From Nemertoderma westbladi (lineage: Eukaryota > Animalia > Xenacoelomorpha): 64,000 bases of DNA. The DNA lies in contig JAUCBJ010004787.1 in the NCBI GenBank assembly GCA_032718475.1, positions 1 to 64,000 of the forward strand, written 5' to 3'. Shown piece after piece: positions 50,359 to 61,200 of the stretch. The first letter of the stretch is position 1. Every line of letters begins with the position of its first letter. The notes beneath the pieces were generated by a model that saw only the letters and a list, made by a program, of their open reading frames with translations, did no database searches and was not told the origin of the DNA. A program made the translations under genes and the position numbers.

Positions 50359-50797
50359 GATTAGTAAGAGATAGAGGTGGAAGGGTATACATAGTATTGA
50401 TATTAGTCAGTAGTTAGTAGCGAGAGGGGGGCATATATATGAGTACAGTTGGATAGATCGTGTAGGCCACGCGACATATACTGCTGTACTGCACAGGCCC
50501 ATAGAGTAGGTCAGAATGTGGATTATGAAATAGAATAAATTCCATAAGCAATAAATAGTAGAAATAGATTAGAAATAAAATAGAGTAAATAGGGCTAAAA
50601 ATTACAAATTATGGTAACAGGAGGGAAATTATTCTGGAACATAATTAAAGCAACGGACAGAAATTGCAAATAGGGTACATTTGTTAGCTACAAAATTAAG
50701 TAATAGAAATTAGGCTAAAAGGCGTAGTTAGATAGAAAATAGGCCAGTCTCGAACTGTGCAGACCATCAGAAACTTGTCACTCATCTGTATTGCGCC

Positions 50798-53407
50798 TTG
50801 GTAAGGCACCACCTTGCAGGTGAGCGAGTGAGAGTGTTCGGAATGGCGGGAAAACTGATCAGAAAGAGAAAGGCGGAGTCAGGAGGAAAGGAGATACTGG
50901 TGGATTTCACCAAGAGGCATCCGGAAGAGAAGACGAGAGGATACTACGAGAGGTTGGAAAAGGGTCACGCGGCACGAGCGCTGCAGGACCACTTCCGGGA
51001 GATGCACGAACAGCGGCTGGTCGGGACCTATGGGACGCCGTCGCTGGACAACGCAATCTTCCAACACTTCCACTACGTGGTGAAAGGGGACGAGGCGAAG
51101 TTCGGGATTCCGAAGTACCCGAGGGAGTCGCCGAAGAAGGATTGGAAGAGGTTCATGGAGTCCGTCAACAGGGGAGGATATATGATCCTAGACGACGAGG
51201 GAACCGTGGAAGACGAGGTGGGTTCGAGACGAGGATCAGCGGGGTCGGCCAGGACCATACTCCTACATTTGGCCGCGCCAAATGGGGACATTTTCTTATT
51301 CGATCTAGGAACGTATGGGAAAAAGGACGGGCCGAAGTTAAACCGGTTGCCGAAAGCGGTGCAAGTCTTGGTAAGAGAGAAGTCGACGACGAAGGTGGGA
51401 TCGGCGATTCGCGAGGACGCGGGGAGAATCATCGGTCCGGACGCCACCAACCTCCTGGATATGCAGAAGGTCTTCATGGCTATGACGGCACCAGATGGGT
51501 TGGGAGTAGTCGGGAACACAGGCCAATGCGGGGCGGTGGCAATGGGCCAGCTATTGGGGCTCGTATGCCACAAACCGATGGTCTGGGGGAAGTTCAGGGA
51601 GGAATACGGAGCAGAACTAGCGAACTCGCTAAAGTGGGGAGTGAGACCGGGAAGGCAAGAGGTGTATCAATTCCGCAGAGGAGCGATAAAGGTATATCAG
51701 AAGCGATATATCCTGCAGGAAGATTGGATAATGATAAGTTTACTTAACTTATTCATGACCATGGTTATCGAGAGGGAACCAGCAGCATTTCTGTTATCGG
51801 GATCACCCCTAAGCTACAGGAGAGCCTTTAAGACGGCCTTCGACGGTCTGGTAGACCACCCGGGGCTGAAGGGCGAGTCGGTGTACTACAACAGCCGACA
51901 TCTGATAGACGGGGAGACAGATACGCCGTATCAGAGATGGGAGCAGCTAGAGACGGATAGACGAGAGGCAAAGCGACTGGAAGAAGTCGCTAGACGGGAG
52001 AGGATAGAAGCAGAGGAGAGGGAGGAGGAGGCCAGGACGCAGAGTTATGGCTTCGAGGAACAGGCAGGCTTAGACGAACTTCGTTGGACTTCATCAGGGA
52101 GTTCGGGGGAGTCTCTAGGGCGAGAACTGGGATGGATGGTGGGATCGCCGAAACAGTCGACGTCGGGGTTGCAAGCGATGCCCATACCAGTGGGCGCCGA
52201 AGGCGACCAACCGCCACGGAAGTTAAGGGAGCTAGAGGGATGGAGAGCTACGGGCGAGAGCCAAGGCGGGAAGGGACATAGTGGATCCATCGGGATACCG
52301 GGGTTGGAACCACTGCCAGAGGAGCATGAAGACGACGACGAATTTGGAGAGATGCCGCCCATCGGGAGGATAGGCCACTCGGACACAGACTGGGTTGGCG
52401 GGAGGGTGGTGACGGCCAGTGGGCCGGGGGCCTTCTGGGATAGACCCGGCAAGCGGGCCTGGGTCCGCGAGGAACCGGCGATGGATATCGCGGGGAGCAC
52501 TATCAGGTTGGGCGAGCAACCGGGGACGGCACCACGGGTAGTATTCGGGGAGACGATGCCCGAGAGGGGCGAGGAGATCGACGTAGACAGGGACACTAAT
52601 GTGCAGAAGTTCGCCTACCAGCGACTCCACAGACCGCAGAGATCGCTTGGGACGAAAGACGATGTGGGGCGGGAGACATTGGTACTCGGTTGCGATTACT
52701 GTGGGAGACAGACCCACCAGGAAAGGAGCTGTTTGTACCGATTCCAAAAGGGGACCTTTTGTCTCTACTGCCGCGAGTCGAGCCACAGGATGGGGGCGTG
52801 TCCACGGTTGCATAACCGATGTCCGAAGTGTAACTTTCGGGGACACTACGGACGCCAGTGCGACTGGATGGACGACGAAGAGAAGTTCAGAACCTTCGAG
52901 GAGTGGGCCGACGTCGGGGCCATGACGCACCAGCGCATGAAGGCCCAGGAGTTCAAGTGGGGTTTCTTCCTTATCAACCAGGAGGCTCACATGGAAATCA
53001 TTAAGCGGAGGCTACCGTTTACCTATCACGAGGTAGCAACGGCGGCGTCGTATGCCGGGGTGATAAATACACAGAGGTATTTGGACAGGTGGACGCCACA
53101 GAATCGAGGGGAGTTTAGGGATTTCCTGGCGGAGCACGTACCACGGGCAATGAAGATGATCTTATGGGACGCCACCAGGGGGAGACAACAGGGCCACTCG
53201 GAGGGGCCACCCGCGAAGCGATATCGGGAGCTGATAACACCAGCACCCAAAGAGCCAACGACCGGGATCAGTAAGGAGGTGGCGGCGAGGGTCCGAAGAC
53301 AGAAAGCGGATCCCAGAGGAGCGGTAGTGACCAGGAAACGACCCAGGGAGGAGGACAGCAAAGAGAAAGACTTGAGGTGGTTCCCAAAGTCAGGGGGGAT
53401 GAACTGA
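50798..53407 (+). CDS. ORF3: DEDDy 3'-5' exonuclease (WRN/EXD2/Mut-7-like) plus three CCHC zinc knuckles; first ATG at 50843
   Basis: ExoI MILDDEG, LLHLAAPNGDIFLFDL, LPKAV..LV...TKVGSAIRED (ExoII), W..RP...YQKRYILQED (ExoIII); three CX2CX4HX4C at 52691-52861. Confidence 0.8.
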   Translation: MVRHHLAGERVRVFGMAGKLIRKRKAESGGKEILVDFTKRHPEEKTRGYYERLEKGHAARALQDHFREMHEQRLVGTYGTPSLDNAIFQHFHYVVKGDEAKFGIPKYPRESPKKDWKRFMESVNRGGYMILDDEGTVEDEVGSRRGSAGSARTILLHLAAPNGDIFLFDLGTYGKKDGPKLNRLPKAVQVLVREKSTTKVGSAIREDAGRIIGPDATNLLDMQKVFMAMTAPDGLGVVGNTGQCGAVAMGQLLGLVCHKPMVWGKFREEYGAELANSLKWGVRPGRQEVYQFRRGAIKVYQKRYILQEDWIMISLLNLFMTMVIEREPAAFLLSGSPLSYRRAFKTAFDGLVDHPGLKGESVYYNSRHLIDGETDTPYQRWEQLETDRREAKRLEEVARRERIEAEEREEEARTQSYGFEEQAGLDELRWTSSGSSGESLGRELGWMVGSPKQSTSGLQAMPIPVGAEGDQPPRKLRELEGWRATGESQGGKGHSGSIGIPGLEPLPEEHEDDDEFGEMPPIGRIGHSDTDWVGGRVVTASGPGAFWDRPGKRAWVREEPAMDIAGSTIRLGEQPGTAPRVVFGETMPERGEEIDVDRDTNVQKFAYQRLHRPQRSLGTKDDVGRETLVLGCDYCGRQTHQERSCLYRFQKGTFCLYCRESSHRMGACPRLHNRCPKCNFRGHYGRQCDWMDDEEKFRTFEEWADVGAMTHQRMKAQEFKWGFFLINQEAHMEIIKRRLPFTYHEVATAASYAGVINTQRYLDRWTPQNRGEFRDFLAEHVPRAMKMILWDATRGRQQGHSEGPPAKRYRELITPAPKEPTTGISKEVAARVRRQKADPRGAVVTRKRPREEDSKEKDLRWFPKSGGMN

Positions 53408-54277
53408 GACTTCAATGTGGTACGCCTGGAAGGCGCCACGTGGGACGTACGAACTATTAAGTACAAATTCAAAATGATGCAAATAATTAAATAAGTGCAA
53501 TTTATATGTACGTACGTAGTAATCAGTAGTTTAGCAATGAAATATACGTTCGAAGTAAGTACTATAGTCATTCAACCTTTCTCAATTAGCTACTGGGACT
53601 GGGGGGCTAACTGACTATGGCACTATGGACGAGACACTACACAATTTCACACTTCTTGAGTGCGACGGCACAGGAGGGGGGGGTGAGATTCGTCAGAAGG
53701 GATGGGGTAGTCAAAGAGGGGTTGAGTAAAGGTGATAGTGCGGAGTGCGAAGAGAGTGCGAATACAATTCAAGTGTGAGGGAGGAATAAGAGGCTGAGTG
53801 AGGGGCAGAGTGGTAGTGAGGAGAAGTAGAGGAGAGTCAGAGTGAGAACAGTATAGAGTTAAAGTGGCACAAGTGTTGGGGAAACAAAAATTGTATGAGA
53901 GGAGCACACGATCGGCCCGACATGGGACGCCAGGCAAACCGGGTAGCGATATCATACCCATGGGGAGCGGCCTGGAAAGCCGGCTCCGAGAGAAAATAGT
54001 TCCACCCCACACCCGAGTGTGGGGGAGGAGAAGTGAGAGGAAGAGTGTGGGACGAGGAGGTCCGGGAGTATGCGAGAGTTGGAGTAGAGTGGTGAGAGTG
54101 TTGGGGAAACAAAAATTGTATGAGAGAAGCGCACGATCGGCCCGACACGAGACGCCAGAGGGTAGTGACATCATACCCATAGGGAGCGGCCTGGAAAGCC
54201 GACTCCGAAAAAATATACCCACCCCACACCCGATGCTAGATCGGGATCCAGCGGAATTGTAGCGCACTTTAAGGTGG

Positions 54278-54315
54278 ATGCTATCTTCTCACCGGGAAGA
54301 TAGCATGGGGGGGAG
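54278..54315 (+). promoter_or_regulatory. Conserved hairpin and polypurine tract before the 3' LTR
   Basis: ATGCTATCTTC-N7-GAAGATAGCAT then GGGGGGGAG|TG; identical in B1 (13697-13734, minus). Confidence 0.85.
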
Positions 54316-54857
54316 TGTTAGCTTATTCAATTCCGCTAACACCCCACAAAGTCAACCGTTAAGCAATATTGGGGGCCACGAGATTGGGTAACCAATAACT
54401 CGTGTCACCCCAACAAAGTGGGAAGGAGAAACACACAATAAGGGTCAGGGGCCAAACCCCTAACAGAGGGAGAATAGCTGGAGTGAACGGGAACACTCCA
54501 AAGGGCGCCAACAGGGACATTAACCAATCAGGGGGGAAGCATCGGCTAGGTACTGTAGCAAGGCCAAACCGTGCAATATATTATTAGGTACCAGCAATCA
54601 ATTATTCAGTTATGTCAGTATGTTATTGGTGTTAGTTAGGTTAGTTTAGCTAGGGAAGTACCGGGACTTCAATCACTGTATCCCGCCTTCCATATATCAA
54701 CATCCAGTCTATACATTATAACATACTATTTATATCTATCTATTATACCCGGAAATTATATACGACGAACAACGCAAACTCTTTTACCTTTCATACACGG
54801 CGGGGATGCGTAGATTGACAAACGGATAAATCGGGATCCTTCGTGGATCCTGTCACA
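54316..54857 (+). repeat. 3' LTR of B2
   Basis: Direct repeat of 43933-44477. Confidence 0.95.
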
Positions 54858-54862
54858 GCCTT

Positions 54863-57167
54863 TGTTACGGTATATGGCGCTGTATCCACATTGTTAGCCG
54901 TTGTACTGTATACACAATATTAGTTATTATGCAGTACACATTATTAGCCATTATACAGTATAATATATTGGTTCATTATACAGTACACAATATTAGTCCG
55001 TTATGCAGTATAATATTTTAGATAAGATATAATAGCGCAGTGACATTTAGATAAGGAAATTAAAACGCCCATATATTTTGATCTCATCCATTTTGTATAG
55101 TATGTAGCCCTACCTACGTAATTTTGTAATATGATATAAGTAGATAGTTCCAGGGTAGCAAGTTCAGTTGGACCCTGGATTTCGGGCTTGCTGTTATTAG
55201 TCTTGATGGGCTAGCCATCACGGGTTTGATTTCTTTATAATCGCGCTAAAATATCTTTTGTGCATCATGTTATAAGTGCCGCTAAATTAAGCATCGGCAA
55301 AATTACCTTATATGGTGACGTTTAGAGGGTTTGGAGAGCAATAGGGCTACAATCCGGCTTTCTTATTGGACTAACTGCTTCCAGGTTGGTCTAATGCTAG
55401 CGCGGATTGGAGAGCCAATGAGAGAGCGATTGCATCACCCTTCTCGGATCACCTATAAATTGGCGGTTTGCCGGTAGAGCTTACTTCATTTTTACCTCAT
55501 TAACGACACTCACTCAGACATATTTAGTACCATTAAGTTAGAAGTATAATTTGTGCGTATTTTCTGCATTTCTACCTTTTCGATTAATTTCTTGGAATGA
55601 TTCGTTAGTGCTACTATTCTCAATTGTGTTTCTCAATCAATCCTATCGATTACTGCTAATTACAACCGGAACTATGATTTCTACCCCTTTTGTTAATGGT
55701 TCTATGTAATTCATTTCGACGCAATAATCCTACGGGATTTTCTGAGACTGGCAGACTTGTGATTTGCATGCGCCGCTACGGTAGCTATTCATCTTGATGG
55801 AGGGCTAAGGTACCGGTAGGCGGTGGGCGCATCGGGGGGTTGAGCGACTAAGGGAGAGCGGAGGATTCAAAGGCGAGCAACGCTGGCGGGGGGCCACCGT
55901 TGCGGTCGGGCAACTTGCGTTATAGAGGGCAACTTGCGTTGCGGCTGGGGCAATTTGCGTTGTAGTGGGCAGACCATTTGCTGGTACGGCAATTAGGGGG
56001 GGCTGATGATCCAGATTTTGTCTCTATTTTGTAGTATTAGGGGGGCAGGAATTGGGTTAGTTAGAAAGACTTAGATGTACTGGAGAGGCCTGCGTGCTTT
56101 ACAATAGCGAATTGCATGGCAAATTATATAATTGCGGATTGTATAATTGCAAGTTGTACTATTGTGATCTGTGATTGCTGACGCTGATTGGTGTGTTATT
56201 GAAGTGTGCCTATGATTACGAATGCTTAGGTAGGCGCCCCTTTTCTCTTTGATTGATTTCTATTTCTTAGTTTACAATAAATGATTACTGATTAGGTCAA
56301 AGTAATACAGTAATTTAGTCTGTTACTAGTGAAACCTGTTGTGTAATAAATTAGAATTACGCATTCTGGAACTCTTAGTAATTAGTACGCTGTTACATAT
56401 TTGTGACTGTAATTAATTAGTGAAATTAAGAATTAGTACGCAGCATAGCGGAGAGTAGCTAAGGTAATAATTTAGAGTACCGTAAACTATTCACGCTGAG
56501 CGGTTATTTGAATTAGCGGGCAATAAGCTAGATCGCAGTATTCAATACACAACTCGCATTAGTAGATTGCTGGCCTAAAGCCAGCCGCAGGCAAATTTAG
56601 ACCCGGAGTGGTATCGCCCACGAAAGACATTGTACCGTACCATTATTTGATTATTTTAAATATTCTCGCATTCACACATTCCGTTAGGGAACCCCCAGTA
56701 TTCGCGATTAGAAAAGACGTAGGCATTGGCATACTTCAATAGTAGTAAAATTAGGCGTAAGAATATACTCTGAGTGCAAAGCCTCTCGCACTCGTCTTAA
56801 GTAAGCTTAGGGAGCCGACTCGGGTTTATTGTTTTGGTTATTCCCGCGTGGCTCATAGATTCGAACAGTTAGCTCTCTGTCGAGCGATCGGTAGAGAAAG
56901 GAACAAGCGATTTTACAGGAGCCGTGTAAATTTAGTAAAATATATTAGCGGACGGCAGATTAGCGCCATCCAACAGTAAGTAGCGGTTTTGTATTTAGCA
57001 GCCCTACAATTTAGTAATAGCACGCTCCTGATTGCCTTTATTTAACAGTAGAGCAGTCTTGGTGCCTTATTGGTTAGGCGGGAACCTATTAGGTTGGCAG
57101 AGAAGTATACGGGTATTTGTCTGTTCAACAGTTCTGCTGTTAGTATAGGTGACGCGCTAGTTTAACA
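54863..57167 (+). repeat. About 2.3-kb 5' LTR of A2
   Basis: Starts TGTTACGGTATATGGCGCTG like 21011; ends CGCGCTAGTTTAACA matching the A1 end CGCGCTTGCTTAACA. Confidence 0.8.
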
Positions 57168-58259
57168 GTAAAGCACGCATTTATTGGCTGTTGCTTGCAG
57201 CAGTCAAGAGCAGAAGAGTGTATTCTTAGGCTGTTAGGTAGGATTACTGTATTCACTGGTCGCGTACAATAGTACAGTAGTACATTAGGCTGATTGCTGT
57301 TACTGCATACGGTAGAAGGGATATTTGTTTGCCATACCACACACAGTATCAATTAGGCTGTTAGGTTGGTGTACTGTTTTACTTACTGTACTGCATACAG
57401 TGGATGTACGGTAGTGCGTTTTTACTAATTGCGAATACAGCAGTTCCTTAGGCCTTAGGGCGAATTGTAATTAGTAAGTTTTTGAAAATTTTAGCTAGGT
57501 TTGCGAGAATTCAGTTTCGGTCAAAATTATTTGTAAAATTCTAGAGTTTTGTACCGGTATATTAGGTAACCGCTTAGTTATTTTATACCATCTGGAGATA
57601 CATGGCAAGACGGAACTTCTGAGTTTGGGGTTCGTGTGGGTCTGCGGGTTCGGTTTGCAATCAGTGAAGGGACTGAAACTTTGGACGCGGACGTGGAATC
57701 TCACAGCAAACAAGGTTGGTTGTTCTGTTGGCACCATTGTGTTTGTGGAAGCAGTAAAAAATTATCGGTTGTTTAACTGCGAAGCTGAACTCAATTTATT
57801 AGTTAGGTTATTTAGGTTTAGCCGGCCATGGTTTTTTGAATCGCTCAAGTTAGAGAGAGAGTTAGAGAGAGTCGCAACCAGAAGATGTAGCCACGCGCTA
57901 GTGGATACATATAATATTTGAAATTAAAATTATGTTGATTAGAGCTATATATGCAAAATTGGAATTATTTGGGTGGCAAATTCATTCTGAATATTTTGTA
58001 TTAGATTCAGAAATTATTTTGTGTCATACCGGTATTTAATTGCTATATAATAGCTATATAATAATATTTTGTTTAAATATTGTGCTAGTATTTGCTATAA
58101 CTATACCCTATTAAATTCACAATATTGCATTGCGAATTTATTTGACATTTTGGACCAACTGATTATTAGACAAATAATTTGACCGTATTTTCGGTTAAAT
58201 TATAATTATATCTCGAAATTTTGCGAGATTTTTGCCGGAAGGCAAACATTATTTAGACT

Positions 58260-61200
58260 ATGAGTGTCTCAGACAAGGAGGCACTAGAGGACAGCTATGA
58301 GACGGCGGCTGGACCGCCGACTGACGATAGCGTCAATATTACGGTTGACGACAATGCCGACTATGACGACGCAGCGAGCGATGCTGACGTAAGTGAACAG
58401 GAGGACGAGACAGTGACTAGTGAGGAAGAACAACAACCTCAAGTAATAGTATTAGGATCCCCTACCGCTACTGTAAGGCAGGACCGCACAGCAGCCCGGA
58501 CAGAGGTGAGTGATAGGGAGGGTAGTGTAGCAGAAGCGAGAGCCCGGAGCCCGGTTTCCAGACCTGTGGGTATGGTAAGTGCCGTGGTCCCAGCGGCTGT
58601 AAGGAGTACCCGTAGTTCCCGAAATAATCCTTCAAGTCCACCAAGTGTGAGTCAGGTAAGCGAGAGAGAACTTGACATCGCGATAAAGAAGAAACTTCGC
58701 GCGCACGCCGGACATATAACTCGGACGACGGACAAGGTAAGGAAGATGTTAGCCGACTCAGCGAACATCGGAAGGGAAGGGTTAGTAGAGATTAGAAGGG
58801 GATATAACTCAGCGTTATTTAAGCAGACGGAGGAGCTTGCAGTCCTAGCGAAGAGAGCAGTGGAGTCTCAGTCGAGCGACGTGGCGACGAGGGTTTATGA
58901 TAGGGTTTTAGCAGCCTTGTTAGAGCACCGCGAGTTATCGGAGCGATTCCGACGAGTTAGGACGGAGAACTGGCTGCTATGGGCATCACAAGCGCAGGCG
59001 ACTCAGGTGAGTGACGCAGAGTTGAGAGACTTAGTGGAGCGCGAAGAGATCCAAGATAAGGAAGAGCGCCGGTATCAGAGGGAAGTTACTAGCTGGCTGA
59101 TGCAGAGTGGAGTGGTGGTACCGGGCCAGGTGCTACCGACGACGGAGAACATCCAACAGAGAATGTTAACTCCACCCGACGATGCATCTAGAGACAGTGG
59201 CGATTCCCAGGTTAGTCACGCGCGAGGGAAAGTTATATGTGCTAGATCCCTTGTTTCTCACAACTCGGCAGAAGAGAGAAGACGCCGACTAGACGAACAG
59301 CAGGCGGAAGTTTTGCGTGCATCGGAAGCACGGAAGGAGGCTGAGCGGGAACGGGAGCGCACACGTAAGTTGGACGCGGAGTTACGAGAGTTGGAAGAGA
59401 TAAGTAAGCGCGAGCGGACGGAACGCGAACAGAGAGAACGCGAACTCCAAGCCGAGCGCGAGCGCAAGGAACTCGAACTCGAACAGAGAGAACGCGAACT
59501 TCAACTCGAACGCGAACAGAGAGAACGCGAACTCCAAGCCGAACGCGAATGCAAGGAACTCGAACGTGAACAGAAGGAACGCGAGCTTCAACTCGAACGC
59601 GAACGTAAGGAACGCGAACTCGAGATCGAGAAAAGAAGACGCGCATTGTATGAAGAAAAGGAGCGAGTGGAAGAAGAGAGCGCAGCGAGACGAGCGAGGG
59701 AAGAAGAACAACGTAAACTGGCGCAGTTGGAAAGTGCGAGATTAAATTAAAAGAGCGAAGAACGGACCAGGAAGGCGAATGAAATCGCCGAGAAGGGGAT
59801 GCGAATGATCGAAGAATGTGGGGCGAGTGTAGGTACCGAGTTGCGAGAACTGTTCGCACTGCAGAAGGCCGAACAGGAAGCGAGAACTCCGACTATACGC
59901 GAGTCTACGACGACCAGAATTCCTATACCCGGTCCAGCTATTACGAGTACACGGATCGCTAAACCGTTCTCTACATATCGCACACCAGTTGGTATTAGTG
60001 CTTCACCTATCGCGCAGAATCCACGGCATCAGAACACCGCACCACTACATACCGAACGCGAGAACGACGAAGAGTTTAGAGAAACTCCGACGGGCCGAGT
60101 ATTTGGCGAACCGAACCCGCGGGTTTGGAATACGCGGACGGAGCGCCGACCCAGTTCGACGGAGAACTTCCGGGTTAAACCGGAAGAGGGATCATATGAG
60201 AGACAGCGGATTACTCAGATAGAGCCGACTATACAACAGAACCCTAGCCAGGAATTTATTACGAGGGATGAGTTAAGTGCTAGTTTAGCGCAAGCTATAT
60301 CGCCACACATCCAACCTATAACGGACATGCTTAGCAACCTACGGTTAAAGGAAGCAGCCCAGGTAAGAAGTAATTCTAATCCTAGCAGGCCTGAGTTAGA
60401 TAAAGTCCAACCTAGTCAACGAGTACGTATATCGGAGGAAACTATACCACATAGACCTCAGGTAAGGACGCCTGTCCCGAATATCCATAATCCCAATTTC
60501 GAAAATTCGGCAGAGAAATTTATTCAGGAGGCTTGGGTCAGGGCCTCAGCACGCAAACCAACACGAGCGCTAAGGACTGACACCGAGTCAAGCGATGAAG
60601 AGGAAGACATGAGACGTCAGAAGTCCCGAAACTATAAGGAAAGAAGGACGGACGCGGAGCAGGTAAGTTCAAATCCCCGGGAAAGGAACAGACTTAACAA
60701 CCCTGCAGAACTAAACCATTTGTTAACCCGGAACGACGCAACCCTTAGGGACATAGGTAAGTTTGCTGCTAGGCAAGGACTGCCGACGCAACAACCCCAG
60801 AAGTTTATGGGTAACCACAAGCACTGGAGGACGTTCAAAACCTATGTCGACAAGCAGCTAACAGCACCTTTACTCCCAATGAGAAGTTCAACTATTTGCT
60901 TCAGATGCTCCATCGAGAACCTAGAGTCATTGCTGATAACTTCGTCGGCAATGAAAGAGCATTCGAGTTAGCAATGAAGACGCTTAGTGACATCTACGGG
61001 AATAAAACCAAGATGGCACAGTCGATAGTAGAAGACTTGGGTAAGGGCGGAAGGAATACAACTCCGTTAGAGCTGTTGAACTTAGAGAACGCTATTTCGA
61101 ACGCATTGGACATCTTGAGGACGGTGAATCTACCTCATCATGGTGATCACGCCAAAGATTTAAAGAGCGTAATAAGACGTTTAAACATGCGTTACCGCGA

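Larger units (their letters stand above)
43933..54857 (+). mobile_element. BEL/Pao family B element B2 with two LTRs, intact RT-RH-IN and an extra ORF3
   Basis: TG...CA LTRs 43933-44477 and 54316-54857; TSD GCCTT at 43928-43932 and 54858-54862; PPT at 54307-54315. Confidence 0.95.

Noticed and set aside
45529-53571. Many minus-strand ORFs over B2, and similar ones over B1, the Gypsy element and A2
   Set aside because: Shadow ORFs of GC- or purine-rich coding sequence with no recognisable motifs.
56003-56060. Hammerhead ribozyme (CTGATGA here, CTGACGA in A1 at ~22031)
   Set aside because: No stem II-GAAA-stem III-UH arrangement follows.
56971-56985. Alternative A2 LTR end at CCAACA (56975)
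   Set aside because: 57167 matches the A1 terminus much better and gives TGTTA/TAACA inverted ends.
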